Virus record (IMG/VR): IMGVR_UViG_3300046170_000494
Span: 32,001 to 96,000 of that record
DNA length: 64,000 nucleotides
Origin: a virus
Strand: one strand, 5' to 3'
Both the position numbers and the translations under genes were made by a program. Below are positions 16,092 through 26,220 of this stretch, one piece after another. The notes below the pieces were generated by a model, which did no database searches, had not been told where the DNA came from, and was given only the letters and a program-made list of their open reading frames with translations. Numbering within the stretch: position 1 is the first letter of the stretch; every line of letters begins with the position of its first letter.

Positions 16092-16678
16092 ATTCAGGTT
16101 TAGATATTATAAGCGTGCTGACAGGATTGGTTTCTGCCGCGACTGCAGTTTTAGGTGTCTGGTTAAAGATTAAATATGACGAAAATAAAAACAAGCAATT
16201 AAATTATGATCCGCAATTACATGGAAATGTAGTAACTGCTTTAGAGTTTATATTGCAAGAAACTGAAGCTGATAGATCTTACGTTTTAGAATTTCACAAC
16301 GGAGAACATTATTTTTCGGGCAGAAGTCAGCAAAAATTAAGTTGTACATACGAGATAGTGAGCGAAGGTATTTCAGTTGAGTCTCAAAATATTCAAAATA
16401 TAAGAGTTTCTAATTTTCACGGGCTAGTTAAATCAATATCACAAGATCAAACTTTTGCTTGCAGAAATGTTGACCGATATGATGACGATATGTCTTTTAG
16501 GGCTTTTATGCAAAGCAAAGGGGTTAAAAGTATGTTTGCTCGACCAATAAAAACCTTAAATGGAAAAATTATAGGAATTATAATTCTCGAATATGTGAAA
16601 GAACCTAGGCGATGGAGTGATGATGCAGAAGAGTTTTTAAAGAAACAGTCTCGAATAATAAGTGGTTATTTGATATAA
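16088..16678 (+). CDS. N-terminal TM + GAF-like domain protein (T4 holin T-like layout)
   Basis: ATGA overlap at 16088; TM helix; ADRSYVLEFHNG ... IKTLNGKIIGIIILEY. Confidence 0.6.
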   Translation: MNSGLDIISVLTGLVSAATAVLGVWLKIKYDENKNKQLNYDPQLHGNVVTALEFILQETEADRSYVLEFHNGEHYFSGRSQQKLSCTYEIVSEGISVESQNIQNIRVSNFHGLVKSISQDQTFACRNVDRYDDDMSFRAFMQSKGVKSMFARPIKTLNGKIIGIIILEYVKEPRRWSDDAEEFLKKQSRIISGYLI

Positions 16679-16705
16679 TTATTTTTTTTATTATAATAAA
16701 TTAAT

Positions 16706-17071
16706 ATGGCTTTTTCTTACTGTCCTCATTGTGGGTTTAAAAATATGTATTCTATGCAAGCGCCAAAATTTTGTGGTGGTTGTGGAGAAAGTTTGAGTAT
16801 ATTGTCTGCTGCAAAAACTCAAAAATCTATTTCACGCAAACAGGTTTCTCCCCAAAGAAATCAAGTGGTTGATGATCCTGACGGAGTTGACATTTACGAA
16901 GTGCCTCACATTTCAAAATTGTCGTATAGTATAGAAACAGATAAAAACAAATTCGATTTAAAAGATTTAGTTCCATTGGAAGCTCTTGAGGAATTTAATG
17001 AAGATGAGGGAAAGTCAACTGTAAAAAAACAAGCAACAAAAAAGAAGCGTGGAAGACCAGCAAAGCGATAG
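16706..17071 (+). CDS. zinc-ribbon protein
   Basis: CPHCG ... CGGCG at the N-terminus. Confidence 0.7.
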   Translation: MAFSYCPHCGFKNMYSMQAPKFCGGCGESLSILSAAKTQKSISRKQVSPQRNQVVDDPDGVDIYEVPHISKLSYSIETDKNKFDLKDLVPLEALEEFNEDEGKSTVKKQATKKKRGRPAKR

Positions 17072-17792
17072 TTTTTCATACGAGGACAAAGCTGAAGAGA
17101 TTGACATAGAGATTAAAAAAAGAAGAGGCAAGTGGTTTTTAGATTCTCTTGCTTGGTTCGACTTTGAAGATGTAGAGCAAATTATAAAAGCTCATATTTA
17201 TAAAAAATGGCACCAATGGGATCAACGAAGGTCTTTGAAGCCGTGGGTTAACAAAATTATAACTAATCAAATGAAAAACATCTTGCGCAATAACTATAGT
17301 AACTTCGTTAGACCTTGTTTGAATTGCCCATTTAACCAATCAGGTCCCGCTCAAGATGGTTGTAGTCATTCTCTATGCGGTTTCACAAAAAGCGGGCTGC
17401 AAGACTCGACTTGTCCATTGTACGCAAAATGGGAACGAACAAAAAAATCTGCTTATGGAATTAAAATGGCTTTAGCTTTAGAAAACCATAGCCACGAAGT
17501 TGGGCAAATGCAAGACGGAAGCTTTGATATACAACAGTGTCAGGATAAATTAAATGAGTATATGAAAAAAGATTTATCCGAAAAACAGTTTACCGTATAT
17601 AAATTACTTTTCATTGATCATAAAAGTGAAGAAGAGGTTGCTAAAAAAATGGGTTATAAGACTTCCGAAAAAGGGAGAAAAGCGGGATACAAGCAAATTA
17701 AAAATCTTAAAAAAATATTTAAACAAAAAGCGCAAGAAATACTTGAAAAAGAAGATATTATTCCGGTAAAAAGTGTGATGCTATGGAGTTAA
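17049..17792 (+). CDS. sigma70/ECF-like RNA polymerase sigma factor with Cys-rich insert
   Basis: Region 2-like EDVEQIIKAHIYKKWHQWD...KPWVNKIITNQMKNILR; region 4 HTH LSEKQFTVYKLLFIDHKSEEEVAKKMG; GTG start. Confidence 0.75.
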   Translation: MEDQQSDSFSYEDKAEEIDIEIKKRRGKWFLDSLAWFDFEDVEQIIKAHIYKKWHQWDQRRSLKPWVNKIITNQMKNILRNNYSNFVRPCLNCPFNQSGPAQDGCSHSLCGFTKSGLQDSTCPLYAKWERTKKSAYGIKMALALENHSHEVGQMQDGSFDIQQCQDKLNEYMKKDLSEKQFTVYKLLFIDHKSEEEVAKKMGYKTSEKGRKAGYKQIKNLKKIFKQKAQEILEKEDIIPVKSVMLWS

Positions 17793-18835
17793 CTGATTCT
17801 CAGAAACAATTAATAATAGAAAATTCAAAAAAGATCTCAGATCTTACGGAGCTAACTAGGCTTGCATTCCCTGATTGTGATAAAATTGATGGAAGAAGTA
17901 AGCAGGGAAGAGCTGTGAGGGCTTTCTTAGCTCAACAAGAAATTGAATACGAGACAAGGCATCCTGAGGTCAAGCCCCCTATAGATTTAACCTTAGAGCA
18001 AAAACAATTTATTGATAATTCTATTAACGAAGGAATGACCTGCATGCAGGTCGCTTCAGTTTTGTTTCCTAATATGCGGGTCACTCATACGACAAAAGAA
18101 TATCTGGCAGTATTTGAATATGTCGACGAAAATCAAAATTTAGAAACACCAGCCACAGAGAACGCGATAAATAAAAAATATTCTCCTCCTAAAGCCCCGA
18201 GTAAAATAATTAAAAAAATAAATGATTATTGCCAAAAAGAAATTCAAGAAGATAAACTTAGCGTAACAGAAAAAAAAGGTGTTGAGGCATTGGGGTCTTT
18301 TCTTGGTTCTCCTAGATTTGTTCAGGTTATTAATACGTACGACAGCCAAGCAGATAGAGATCTATTTGAAGCGGAATTTGTTCGCGCAACATGGGATAAG
18401 CCAGATTTAACTAGCGATGAAATTAATTTATATATTAATGTATGTATGGATTATATACATCTCAAAAATATTCAAAGCGCAATTAATAAATTAAACAGAA
18501 TGTTCGATGAGGCGGAAGATCAACAGGATTTAACTGTTAGATTAGCAGAGTTATTGAAAACAAAAAGCGAAGAATATAATCAATGCGAAAAAAGAATGGA
18601 ATCATTGATCCAAAAGCTTCAAGGAGATAGATCAAAAAGAATATCAAGCCATCAAAGGCAGAACGCAAACATTTTAGCTCTTGTTCAATTATTTCAAGAA
18701 GAGGAGGAAAGGAAAGTTATGGTCAAAATTGCACAATTACAGAAGAAGGCAGCAAAAGAAGAGGCTGACAACCTAGAGTCAATGCCTGATTGGAAAGCTA
18801 GAGTGTTAGGAATATCTAAAGAGGATGTAATATGA
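17783..18835 (+). CDS. hypothetical protein, two HTH-like modules plus coiled coil (possible terminase small subunit)
   Basis: ELTDSQKQLI.. and DLTLEQKQFI.. modules; helical C-terminus; upstream of terL. Confidence 0.4.
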   Translation: MELTDSQKQLIIENSKKISDLTELTRLAFPDCDKIDGRSKQGRAVRAFLAQQEIEYETRHPEVKPPIDLTLEQKQFIDNSINEGMTCMQVASVLFPNMRVTHTTKEYLAVFEYVDENQNLETPATENAINKKYSPPKAPSKIIKKINDYCQKEIQEDKLSVTEKKGVEALGSFLGSPRFVQVINTYDSQADRDLFEAEFVRATWDKPDLTSDEINLYINVCMDYIHLKNIQSAINKLNRMFDEAEDQQDLTVRLAELLKTKSEEYNQCEKRMESLIQKLQGDRSKRISSHQRQNANILALVQLFQEEEERKVMVKIAQLQKKAAKEEADNLESMPDWKARVLGISKEDVI

Positions 18836-19506
18836 ATATAAATTTAGAGGATCAAGTTTTTTCTAGCAATATAGTCGAAAAAAACGAAAGTAAATTTAAC
18901 GGCCTTAACGCTTTAGGTTTTGCTTGGAGGCCTGGTGAAGATCAATTCTCTATAAACATTAAATCTTGTACGATTGACGGAACAGGGGTTGCTGAAGGCT
19001 TAAAATTGTCTTTCTGCAGAAACGTAAAAGTCGTAGACTCTACCATTATTGGCGGATATGAAGATTGTGTCGATATGGTTCGCGGAGAAAATATAACTTT
19101 TGAAAATTGTACTTTTATAGCTAAAAATGGAACCAAGCAACATATAACCTGCAAAGGAGGCGCAAAAAATGTATCATTTAAAGACTGTAAATTCATAGGT
19201 TCTTTTAGGAATTGGTGGGATGGAGCTTGTATAGATTTGGGAAATTGGGGAGACTACGACGATGTAGTTAGACCTAAGGTTAGAAATATATCTATTACTA
19301 ATTGCTCAATGGAAAATGTTTCATTTCCAATTTTATACAGACGTTTATATTCAGAGACTCCAAAAGTCGAATCTTCTTTTGGTTTAGGTTTTCGTGTTCC
19401 AACCTTATTCGTGAAAACATTTTGGTTCCTACAGAGAAAAGAGTTAATTGGTAAACGTAGAAGATTTGCCGATGATCAGTTAAAAGTTTACGATTTTGAA
19501 TTATGA
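18832..19506 (+). CDS. right-handed beta-helix (pectate-lyase-like) protein
   Basis: Repeated NVxFxNCxF/IxNCS rungs; GGYEDCVD. Confidence 0.7.
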   Translation: MNINLEDQVFSSNIVEKNESKFNGLNALGFAWRPGEDQFSINIKSCTIDGTGVAEGLKLSFCRNVKVVDSTIIGGYEDCVDMVRGENITFENCTFIAKNGTKQHITCKGGAKNVSFKDCKFIGSFRNWWDGACIDLGNWGDYDDVVRPKVRNISITNCSMENVSFPILYRRLYSETPKVESSFGLGFRVPTLFVKTFWFLQRKELIGKRRRFADDQLKVYDFEL

Positions 19507-20417
19507 ACATATGTAAAATATGTGGTGCAGAATTTACTTCAGAAAGAAGCCTGCACGCTCATTTGAAAACTCATAAAATTATGCTTGCAGAATATTATAC
19601 CAAGTATTATCCAAGATATAATTTATATAATGGCGATCCTTTACCTTTTAAGAAGAAAGACGAATACTTCTCTAAAGACTTTTCTACTCATAGCCAATTA
19701 TTAAAATGGTGCGCAAGAGAACCAGCCGACATTGTAAAGCCGTATATTCTGGAATTATTAAAAAGAAGGATTGAGCAAAAACAATTAAATTTTGGCCCAT
19801 CATATTTAGAATTGAAATTACATGAATTACCAACTATAGAAATATACAAAAAACATTTTGGGTCGTATACAGCTGCTTGCAAGGAAGCTAATGTTAAGCC
19901 TATGTTTAGCTCTCCTTTACCTAAAGCATGGGAGAACAGAATTGAAGATGTCGAGATATTCATTGACACACGAGAACAGCAACCTCTAGCGTTTCCTAGA
20001 TCCCAGTCCCTGAAATTGGATTTTGGAGATTATGCTGTAGGGCAGGATCACTATGATTATACTTATGTAGATCGCAAAGGAGAGCAAGACTTTAAGTCTA
20101 CATTAAGTAAAAATAATTTAGATAGATTTGAGTATGAATTGCAAAGAACAAAAGAATTTGATAGTTATTTGTTTATTGTTACAGAAAGTCCAATTTGGCA
20201 AATAGAAAAAAATAATAGATGGGGCGCACATAAATCAAATTTAAAATATGTATATCATAACATGAGGGTACTTAATCATAAATTTTCAGGGCATTGCCAA
20301 TTTATATTTACGAAAAATAGAGAGCATAGTCAAAAAATTATTCCTAAGTTATTAGTATTAGGTAGAAAACTTTGGAATGTAGATTTGCAATATTACATAG
20401 ATAAGGATATTGTATAA
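19503..20417 (+). CDS. C2H2 zinc finger + ERCC4/XPF-type nuclease
   Basis: CKIC...HLKTH; IDTREQ, GDY, DRKGEQDF, ELQR. Confidence 0.8.
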   Translation: MNICKICGAEFTSERSLHAHLKTHKIMLAEYYTKYYPRYNLYNGDPLPFKKKDEYFSKDFSTHSQLLKWCAREPADIVKPYILELLKRRIEQKQLNFGPSYLELKLHELPTIEIYKKHFGSYTAACKEANVKPMFSSPLPKAWENRIEDVEIFIDTREQQPLAFPRSQSLKLDFGDYAVGQDHYDYTYVDRKGEQDFKSTLSKNNLDRFEYELQRTKEFDSYLFIVTESPIWQIEKNNRWGAHKSNLKYVYHNMRVLNHKFSGHCQFIFTKNREHSQKIIPKLLVLGRKLWNVDLQYYIDKDIV

Positions 20418-22288
20418 TGGCTTGGGAAACGGGAAAACAGTTATCTAGAAAAAGCGAAGGGGACTTCAATGAAAAGCTTTTAAAAATTGAAGGTTTTTTA
20501 GAAGAGAAGGAAGCTAAGCTTTTACTTTATCAATTCCTAAGAGAAAACATTACGTTTACTGCAGATTTAGTTAGTGGAGTCAAGTTATTCCCTTTTCAGC
20601 ATATGGCGATCAAGGCTATGTTTGAAACTGATTATTTTATGGGAGTATGGTCTCGGGGAATGAGTAAATCATTTACTACTGCAATATATGCTTATCTCGA
20701 CGCGATATTAAATCAAGGTGTTGAGATTGGTATACTTTCTAAATCTTTTCGCCAAGCGAAAATGATATTTAAGAAAATTGAAGATATTGCATCGAAGCCT
20801 GGCGCTACATATTTGTCTCAATGCATAACCCATAAATCAAAAAGCAATGATGAGTGGTTGCTTGAAATTGGTTCTAGCCGCATAAGAGCTCTGCCGCTTG
20901 GTGATGGTGAAAAACTACGGGGTTTTCGTTTCCATAGAATTATTATCGACGAGTTTGCTCTTATGCCTGAAAGAATTTATAATGAGGTTATTATACCTTT
21001 CCTTAGTGTTGTTGAAAATCCGACGCAAAGAGAAGAGTTGTATAATTTAGAGACAGATTTGATAGATAAGGGAGAGATGACTGAAGATGACAGGCATATC
21101 TGGCCAAATAATAAATTGATCGCATTATCTTCTGCAAGTTATAAGTTTGAATATATGTATAAAGCATACGAACAATTTGAAGAGCTTATTATGAAGGGGG
21201 GAGACAAGCATTCTGATGCGCACAGGATCATTATGCAATTCAGTTACGACTGCGCTCCAAAACAGCTATATGACAAAAATTTGATAGAGCAAGCAAAGTC
21301 TACAATGAGCCAAAGTCAATTCGATAGAGAGTTTGGTTCTATATTTACAGATGACAGTAGCGGATATTTTAAAACTTCTAAAATGGCAGCATGCACTTTG
21401 CAAGATGGAGAGAGGCCTAATGTTGAAGTCTGTGGAGAAGTCGGAGAAAAGTATATACTGGCATTTGATCCGAGTTGGGCAGAGAGTGAGAGTAGTGACG
21501 ACTTTGCAATGATGGTATTAAAATTAAATGACGATAAAAAAATTGGCACTGTAGTTCATAGCTATGCATTATCTGGAACAAATTTAAAACAACATATATT
21601 TTATTTTTATTATTTACTAACTCATTTTAATATTGTATCTATTGTAGGAGATTATAATGGAGGAGTTCAGTTTATAAATGCATGCAATGAAAGTTCATTA
21701 TTTAAAAAGAATAAAATTAACATTGGATGTTTGAATACTAATTTTGATGATCTTGAACATTACCAACAAAAGCTTCTTGAAGGTAAAAGAGAATACAATC
21801 TTGAAACAAGGCATATTTGTTATTTAAGAAAGCCAACAAGCCAGTGGATAAGATTAGCTAATGAATTACTTCAAGCTAATTTTGATCACAGAAGGATATA
21901 TTTTGCATCTCGCGCAATCGACGATTCATATAACGAGCAAAGAAAAAAGAAAATACCAATACAAGATTTAAAATTTTTAAGAACTTCGCAAAGCTTAGAG
22001 AGGCAGACTAACGCTGCGAAGATGATTGATTTCGTAGAACATCAATTTGATATGATTAATTTAATTAAAGCTCAGTGCGCTTTAATTCAGATAACTACTT
22101 CAGCGGGAGGAACCCAAACCTTCGATCTACCTCCGAATTTAAAAAGGCAGACTGGCCCAGAAAAAGCAAGAAAAGATTCATATTCTGCATTAGTCCTTGG
22201 AAATTGGATGATTAAATTATATTATGATATGATGAATGTTCAAGTAAAAAATGTAAATTATACCTTTACTCCCATGTTTATAAACTGA
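20417..22288 (+). CDS. terL: terminase large subunit
   Basis: SRGMSKS Walker A, LRGFRFHRIIIDE Walker B, LSSA coupling motif, nuclease AFDP ... DDF ... KDSYSA. Confidence 0.9.
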   Translation: MAWETGKQLSRKSEGDFNEKLLKIEGFLEEKEAKLLLYQFLRENITFTADLVSGVKLFPFQHMAIKAMFETDYFMGVWSRGMSKSFTTAIYAYLDAILNQGVEIGILSKSFRQAKMIFKKIEDIASKPGATYLSQCITHKSKSNDEWLLEIGSSRIRALPLGDGEKLRGFRFHRIIIDEFALMPERIYNEVIIPFLSVVENPTQREELYNLETDLIDKGEMTEDDRHIWPNNKLIALSSASYKFEYMYKAYEQFEELIMKGGDKHSDAHRIIMQFSYDCAPKQLYDKNLIEQAKSTMSQSQFDREFGSIFTDDSSGYFKTSKMAACTLQDGERPNVEVCGEVGEKYILAFDPSWAESESSDDFAMMVLKLNDDKKIGTVVHSYALSGTNLKQHIFYFYYLLTHFNIVSIVGDYNGGVQFINACNESSLFKKNKINIGCLNTNFDDLEHYQQKLLEGKREYNLETRHICYLRKPTSQWIRLANELLQANFDHRRIYFASRAIDDSYNEQRKKKIPIQDLKFLRTSQSLERQTNAAKMIDFVEHQFDMINLIKAQCALIQITTSAGGTQTFDLPPNLKRQTGPEKARKDSYSALVLGNWMIKLYYDMMNVQVKNVNYTFTPMFIN

Positions 22289-22304
22289 GTGTAACACTTT
22301 GCAA

Positions 22305-23915
22305 ATGTCATTACCATATAAATATACAACAACATTCGATAATGTTATTATTGCTTCTAATGAGTTAGAACATTCTAATATTAGTGAGGCATCGCTTGAG
22401 TCATTAAGACCTTTAATTCCAAAAAATATAAATCTTGAAAGAAACATTGATTTATTAGGGGTAGCTTTTAATGCAGCGGTGGTAAATAAATTTAATAAAA
22501 ATGGAGACGGGATAGACAGTGAAACCGCAGTATCGGTTAAAGACTATTTCGTTCATAAACCAACGAACATAGAACACGATAGAGATAAAATCGTAGGACA
22601 TATTGTTTCTGCAGGTTTTTCTAGATATGGAGATTCTTCAGAATTAATGAATGACGATGAAGCTTTAATCGAAGATAAGGCTTATAATATAGCTCTTGCG
22701 GCAGTAGTTTATCGAACAGCCAGTAAAGAATTTGCAGACTTAGTTGAAAATTCTACAGATGAATCTAGCGATTATTTCCAGACTGTTTCTGCTAGCTGGG
22801 AAGTTGGGTTTAATGATTATGTAATATCTGTAGGTGGGGATGATTTATATGAATCTTCTATTATATCTGATCCAGATGAAGTCAAGGCTTACTCTCCATA
22901 TTTAAAATCTTTAGGAGGAAAAGGAATGCTGCAAGATGGCAGAAAGGTAAACCGATTGATTGTGGGAGATATTTATCCGCTAGGAATAGGTTTCACTTCT
23001 AACCCAGCTGCAGACGTAAAAGGTTTAGTTGCTGAAAACCGCAAAACCCAAGAGGAGAAGCCCAATAGAAACGAACCAATTGATAAGATCATTATTAAAA
23101 GCAAAAAAATTTCCCATTCTTCTGAAGAAAATGTACTAAACAAAGAACCCAATAATAATACTATTATGGATAAAGATCAAATAATTAACGAATTCCGAGC
23201 AGCTTTAGATGAAAAGCTTGGCAACCAAGATTTCTCTGAAGAAAGCGTCGCTAGCATTTCCAAAGTGTTTATCGAAGCTATTCGCGAGAAAGGCGAGCAG
23301 TATGTCGCCGATCTTGAAAAAGCTAAAGCTGAAAAAGAAGAGGCTGTTCAGGCTCAAAATTCTCTTCAAGAAAAAATGAATGAAGTAGAGAATCAACTTA
23401 ACGCAACCAAAGAAAAACTTTCCGCTCTTGAAGAAGAAAATTCTGCCAGAGAGGCAGAAGTAAGATTCAATGCAAGAATGGAAGCTCTTAATGAAGTTTA
23501 CGAACTTGACGAAGAGGATTCTAAAATTGTTGCATCTGAGCTTTCGGATCTCGACTCAACAGATGATAGCTTTGCAGCTTATCAAGAAAAATTGGCTAAA
23601 ATTTGGAAGCATAAGAATAAAGAAGTTATCGCTGCCGAACAAAAAGCTTTTGAAGATAAAGTAGCTCAAGAAGTTCAAAAAAGACTTTCTGAAGCTCAAG
23701 CTGATACAGAAGAAACTTCAGAAGAGGTTGTTGAAGTATCTGAGGCGTCAAGCACTGAAGAAACTGACGAAACCGATGAGGTTTCTGAGGCTTTGGAAAA
23801 TCTTGAAGTTGAAGAAGCTGCAGTTATAAACAATAATGAAAGTTCATCCGAAGGCGATTCTCTTAAAGAACGTTTCGCAAAAACTTTTAAACAATCAGTA
23901 AAAATTTCATACTAA
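22305..23915 (+). CDS. prohead protease fused to acidic coiled-coil scaffold
   Basis: KPTNIEH and SASWEVGF catalytic-type motifs; long Glu/Ala-rich C-terminus; upstream of the capsid genes. Confidence 0.75.
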   Translation: MSLPYKYTTTFDNVIIASNELEHSNISEASLESLRPLIPKNINLERNIDLLGVAFNAAVVNKFNKNGDGIDSETAVSVKDYFVHKPTNIEHDRDKIVGHIVSAGFSRYGDSSELMNDDEALIEDKAYNIALAAVVYRTASKEFADLVENSTDESSDYFQTVSASWEVGFNDYVISVGGDDLYESSIISDPDEVKAYSPYLKSLGGKGMLQDGRKVNRLIVGDIYPLGIGFTSNPAADVKGLVAENRKTQEEKPNRNEPIDKIIIKSKKISHSSEENVLNKEPNNNTIMDKDQIINEFRAALDEKLGNQDFSEESVASISKVFIEAIREKGEQYVADLEKAKAEKEEAVQAQNSLQEKMNEVENQLNATKEKLSALEEENSAREAEVRFNARMEALNEVYELDEEDSKIVASELSDLDSTDDSFAAYQEKLAKIWKHKNKEVIAAEQKAFEDKVAQEVQKRLSEAQADTEETSEEVVEVSEASSTEETDETDEVSEALENLEVEEAAVINNNESSSEGDSLKERFAKTFKQSVKISY

Positions 23916-23933
23916 TACAGAAAGAAAAAAATT

Positions 23934-24557
23934 ATGGCAAAAAGAATACTACCATACCGAGACTACAGTGAACATGACGTTGTCAATTTGTTCGCCCTCA
24001 ATGTTAGCGGCAAAACTCTTTCGAGTTTTGTTTCTGGCGGAACTGGCGACTTTGACTCTGGCGTTGTTGTTTCTGTAAGCGCGGGAGCTCTACCTGGTGA
24101 GGTTTCCGAATTGCGTGCATCAACACCTGATAATCTTCGTGATTATTTAGGCGCTAGTTTTGATGGAGCGCATATTGGATTCAACGGATACCCCGCTAAT
24201 ACAGGTATGACTGTTGCTCCTGCTGCTGCTGGCGGTCGTGGACTTGGAATCACTCTTCGTGAGACCTTGGCTTTCGACGAGAATGGAGAAAAATTACTCT
24301 ATTATAAACAAAAACTTGACGAAGCTCAAGCAGTTCTTCCAGGTCAAACAGTTCCTGTTTTGACTCGAGGACTAGTTCTTCTTGCTGCTAGCGCAATTGA
24401 CGGAACTGCACCATCTGTTGGAGACGATCTTGAGATTAAATCTGGCGGTAAATTAGGAAAACAAAGTTCTGGCACAGTAGTAGGTTCTGTAATCGCTATT
24501 GGCGAAGAAAGCGATGATTCATCTGCAAAGAAATATCTCTGCAAAGTCAGCTTCTAA
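23934..24557 (+). CDS. capsid decoration/cement protein
   Basis: Lies between scaffold and MCP; VPVLTRG, GDDLEI pattern. Confidence 0.6.
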   Translation: MAKRILPYRDYSEHDVVNLFALNVSGKTLSSFVSGGTGDFDSGVVVSVSAGALPGEVSELRASTPDNLRDYLGASFDGAHIGFNGYPANTGMTVAPAAAGGRGLGITLRETLAFDENGEKLLYYKQKLDEAQAVLPGQTVPVLTRGLVLLAASAIDGTAPSVGDDLEIKSGGKLGKQSSGTVVGSVIAIGEESDDSSAKKYLCKVSF

Positions 24558-24575
24558 GAAAGGAATTAAAAAATA

Positions 24576-25694
24576 ATGAAAATTACTTTAGAAAGAACAC
24601 CCGAGCAAGTCGAGCTTATCAAAGCTATGGCTTCGAAAAACAGAGACGTTGCTTACGAAGCTCAAACTGCTTTGGCTGAATTTATTGGTCCAGTCTTGGC
24701 AGAAGTTGTTAATGCAGCCCCTACAGTGAGTAATATGTTTACTTCTCTTCAGTTCAATAGTGATGAAAGCCCAAGTATTCCCTTGGATCTCTATCATGAC
24801 ATCACTGATGAAGACTATATTCAAGTTTGGAGTCAATCAGTCGCTGGCGGACTTCCTACTAATCAAGTTGCACCTTCACAAAGCGAGCTTAAGTTCACAA
24901 CTTATACTCTCGATAGTGCGTTGAGCTTCGATAAGCGTTATGCTTCTCGCTCAAGACTTGATGTTGTTAGTAAAACATTTACTCGCATGGCGCAAGAAGT
25001 CCTTCTTAAACAGGAAAAAACTTCTGCAACCATGATAATGACTGCATTAGCAAACGCCGAAACAAACGGAGAGAAACATGTTATCCGTTCTGCTCAAGCA
25101 AACCGTTTCTTGCTTTCAGATCTTAATAAGCTTTTCACAAAAGCGAAAAGAATTAATACTGCATGGACCGGAGGAACTCCTGCTGATCGCCGCGGACGCG
25201 GAATTACAGATCTTCTTGTTTCTCCTGAAATCGTAGAAGAAATTCGTGGCTTAGCTTACAATCCGATCAACACTAAAGGTGAAAACACTGATATTGCTGG
25301 AACAGACAGCATGCGTGATGCCATCTTTAATAGCGCTGGTATTCCTGAATTCTATGGCGTATCTATCCAAGAGTATAATGAAATGGGTGATGGTCAAAAA
25401 TGGAATACTACATTTGACGTTGCTGCAGATGACACTCCTTATGATGACCACTATGCTGTTGCGGCAAGTAAATCAACATTTGATGGTGCTTCTGAGCAAG
25501 TTCTTGTTGGTGTAGACCTTAGTCGTGAATCTATGATTCGTGCAGTCGCTACAGATTCCGAGTCCGGAGACGAGTTTTCTCTCGTAGCCGACGATCAATT
25601 CGTAACTCGTCAGTCTAAGATTGGTTATTATGGTTCTCTTGAAGAAGGCCGTATGATCATCGATGATCGCGTGTTGCTTGGTCTTATCGTTTAA
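24576..25694 (+). CDS. major capsid protein (HK97-like)
   Basis: 372 aa; synteny; LLVSPEIVEEI and C-terminal GYYGS...G.MIIDDR; strong terminator after it. Confidence 0.8.
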   Translation: MKITLERTPEQVELIKAMASKNRDVAYEAQTALAEFIGPVLAEVVNAAPTVSNMFTSLQFNSDESPSIPLDLYHDITDEDYIQVWSQSVAGGLPTNQVAPSQSELKFTTYTLDSALSFDKRYASRSRLDVVSKTFTRMAQEVLLKQEKTSATMIMTALANAETNGEKHVIRSAQANRFLLSDLNKLFTKAKRINTAWTGGTPADRRGRGITDLLVSPEIVEEIRGLAYNPINTKGENTDIAGTDSMRDAIFNSAGIPEFYGVSIQEYNEMGDGQKWNTTFDVAADDTPYDDHYAVAASKSTFDGASEQVLVGVDLSRESMIRAVATDSESGDEFSLVADDQFVTRQSKIGYYGSLEEGRMIIDDRVLLGLIV

Positions 25695-25723
25695 TTTTAA
25701 CTAAAATTAACGTTTTATAAAAG

Positions 25724-25753
25724 TCCACCTCAGGCAACTGGGGTGGATTTTTT
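25724..25753 (+). terminator. intrinsic terminator
   Basis: TCCACCTCAG-GCAA-CTGGGGTGGA followed by a T run. Confidence 0.9.
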
Positions 25754-25808
25754 ATTTAATTTATTTATAATAAATGTGTATTAATACATAAAGGTAAAAG
25801 GTAAAATT

Positions 25809-26219
25809 ATGGCAAATAAAAAAACAACATCGAGCAAGTCTAGCGCTTCTAAAAAAACGAAGGCAAAAAAACTTGAAGATTTACAACAAACTAATGGTAA
25901 AACATATGAAGATCAAGTTTCTAGAGCTAGAGAACTAGAAGAAGTTCTTGGTATTCCTAAAATTAACCCATTCAAAACAAATGATAAAAGAGTATTTGAA
26001 GAAATGCTCAAAGATATGAATTTAACTGACCTTCAAGCTTTTGCGGTTAAAGTTGGAGTTTTTCCTTCGGGAAACAAAACAGTATTAAAGAATAAAATAA
26101 AAAGAGCGTTTGATTCAAGCTTATATGGTAAAGGTAGTGTGCAAATCATGGGAGAGCCTCAAAAATTAGATCCAAAAAATCCTAAGCATAAGTCAGTAAT
26201 TGATTATTTAAATAACTAA
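25809..26219 (+). CDS. hypothetical basic protein
   Basis: 136 aa; GTGTA at 25776. Confidence 0.65.
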   Translation: MANKKTTSSKSSASKKTKAKKLEDLQQTNGKTYEDQVSRARELEEVLGIPKINPFKTNDKRVFEEMLKDMNLTDLQAFAVKVGVFPSGNKTVLKNKIKRAFDSSLYGKGSVQIMGEPQKLDPKNPKHKSVIDYLNN

Positions 26220-26220
26220 A

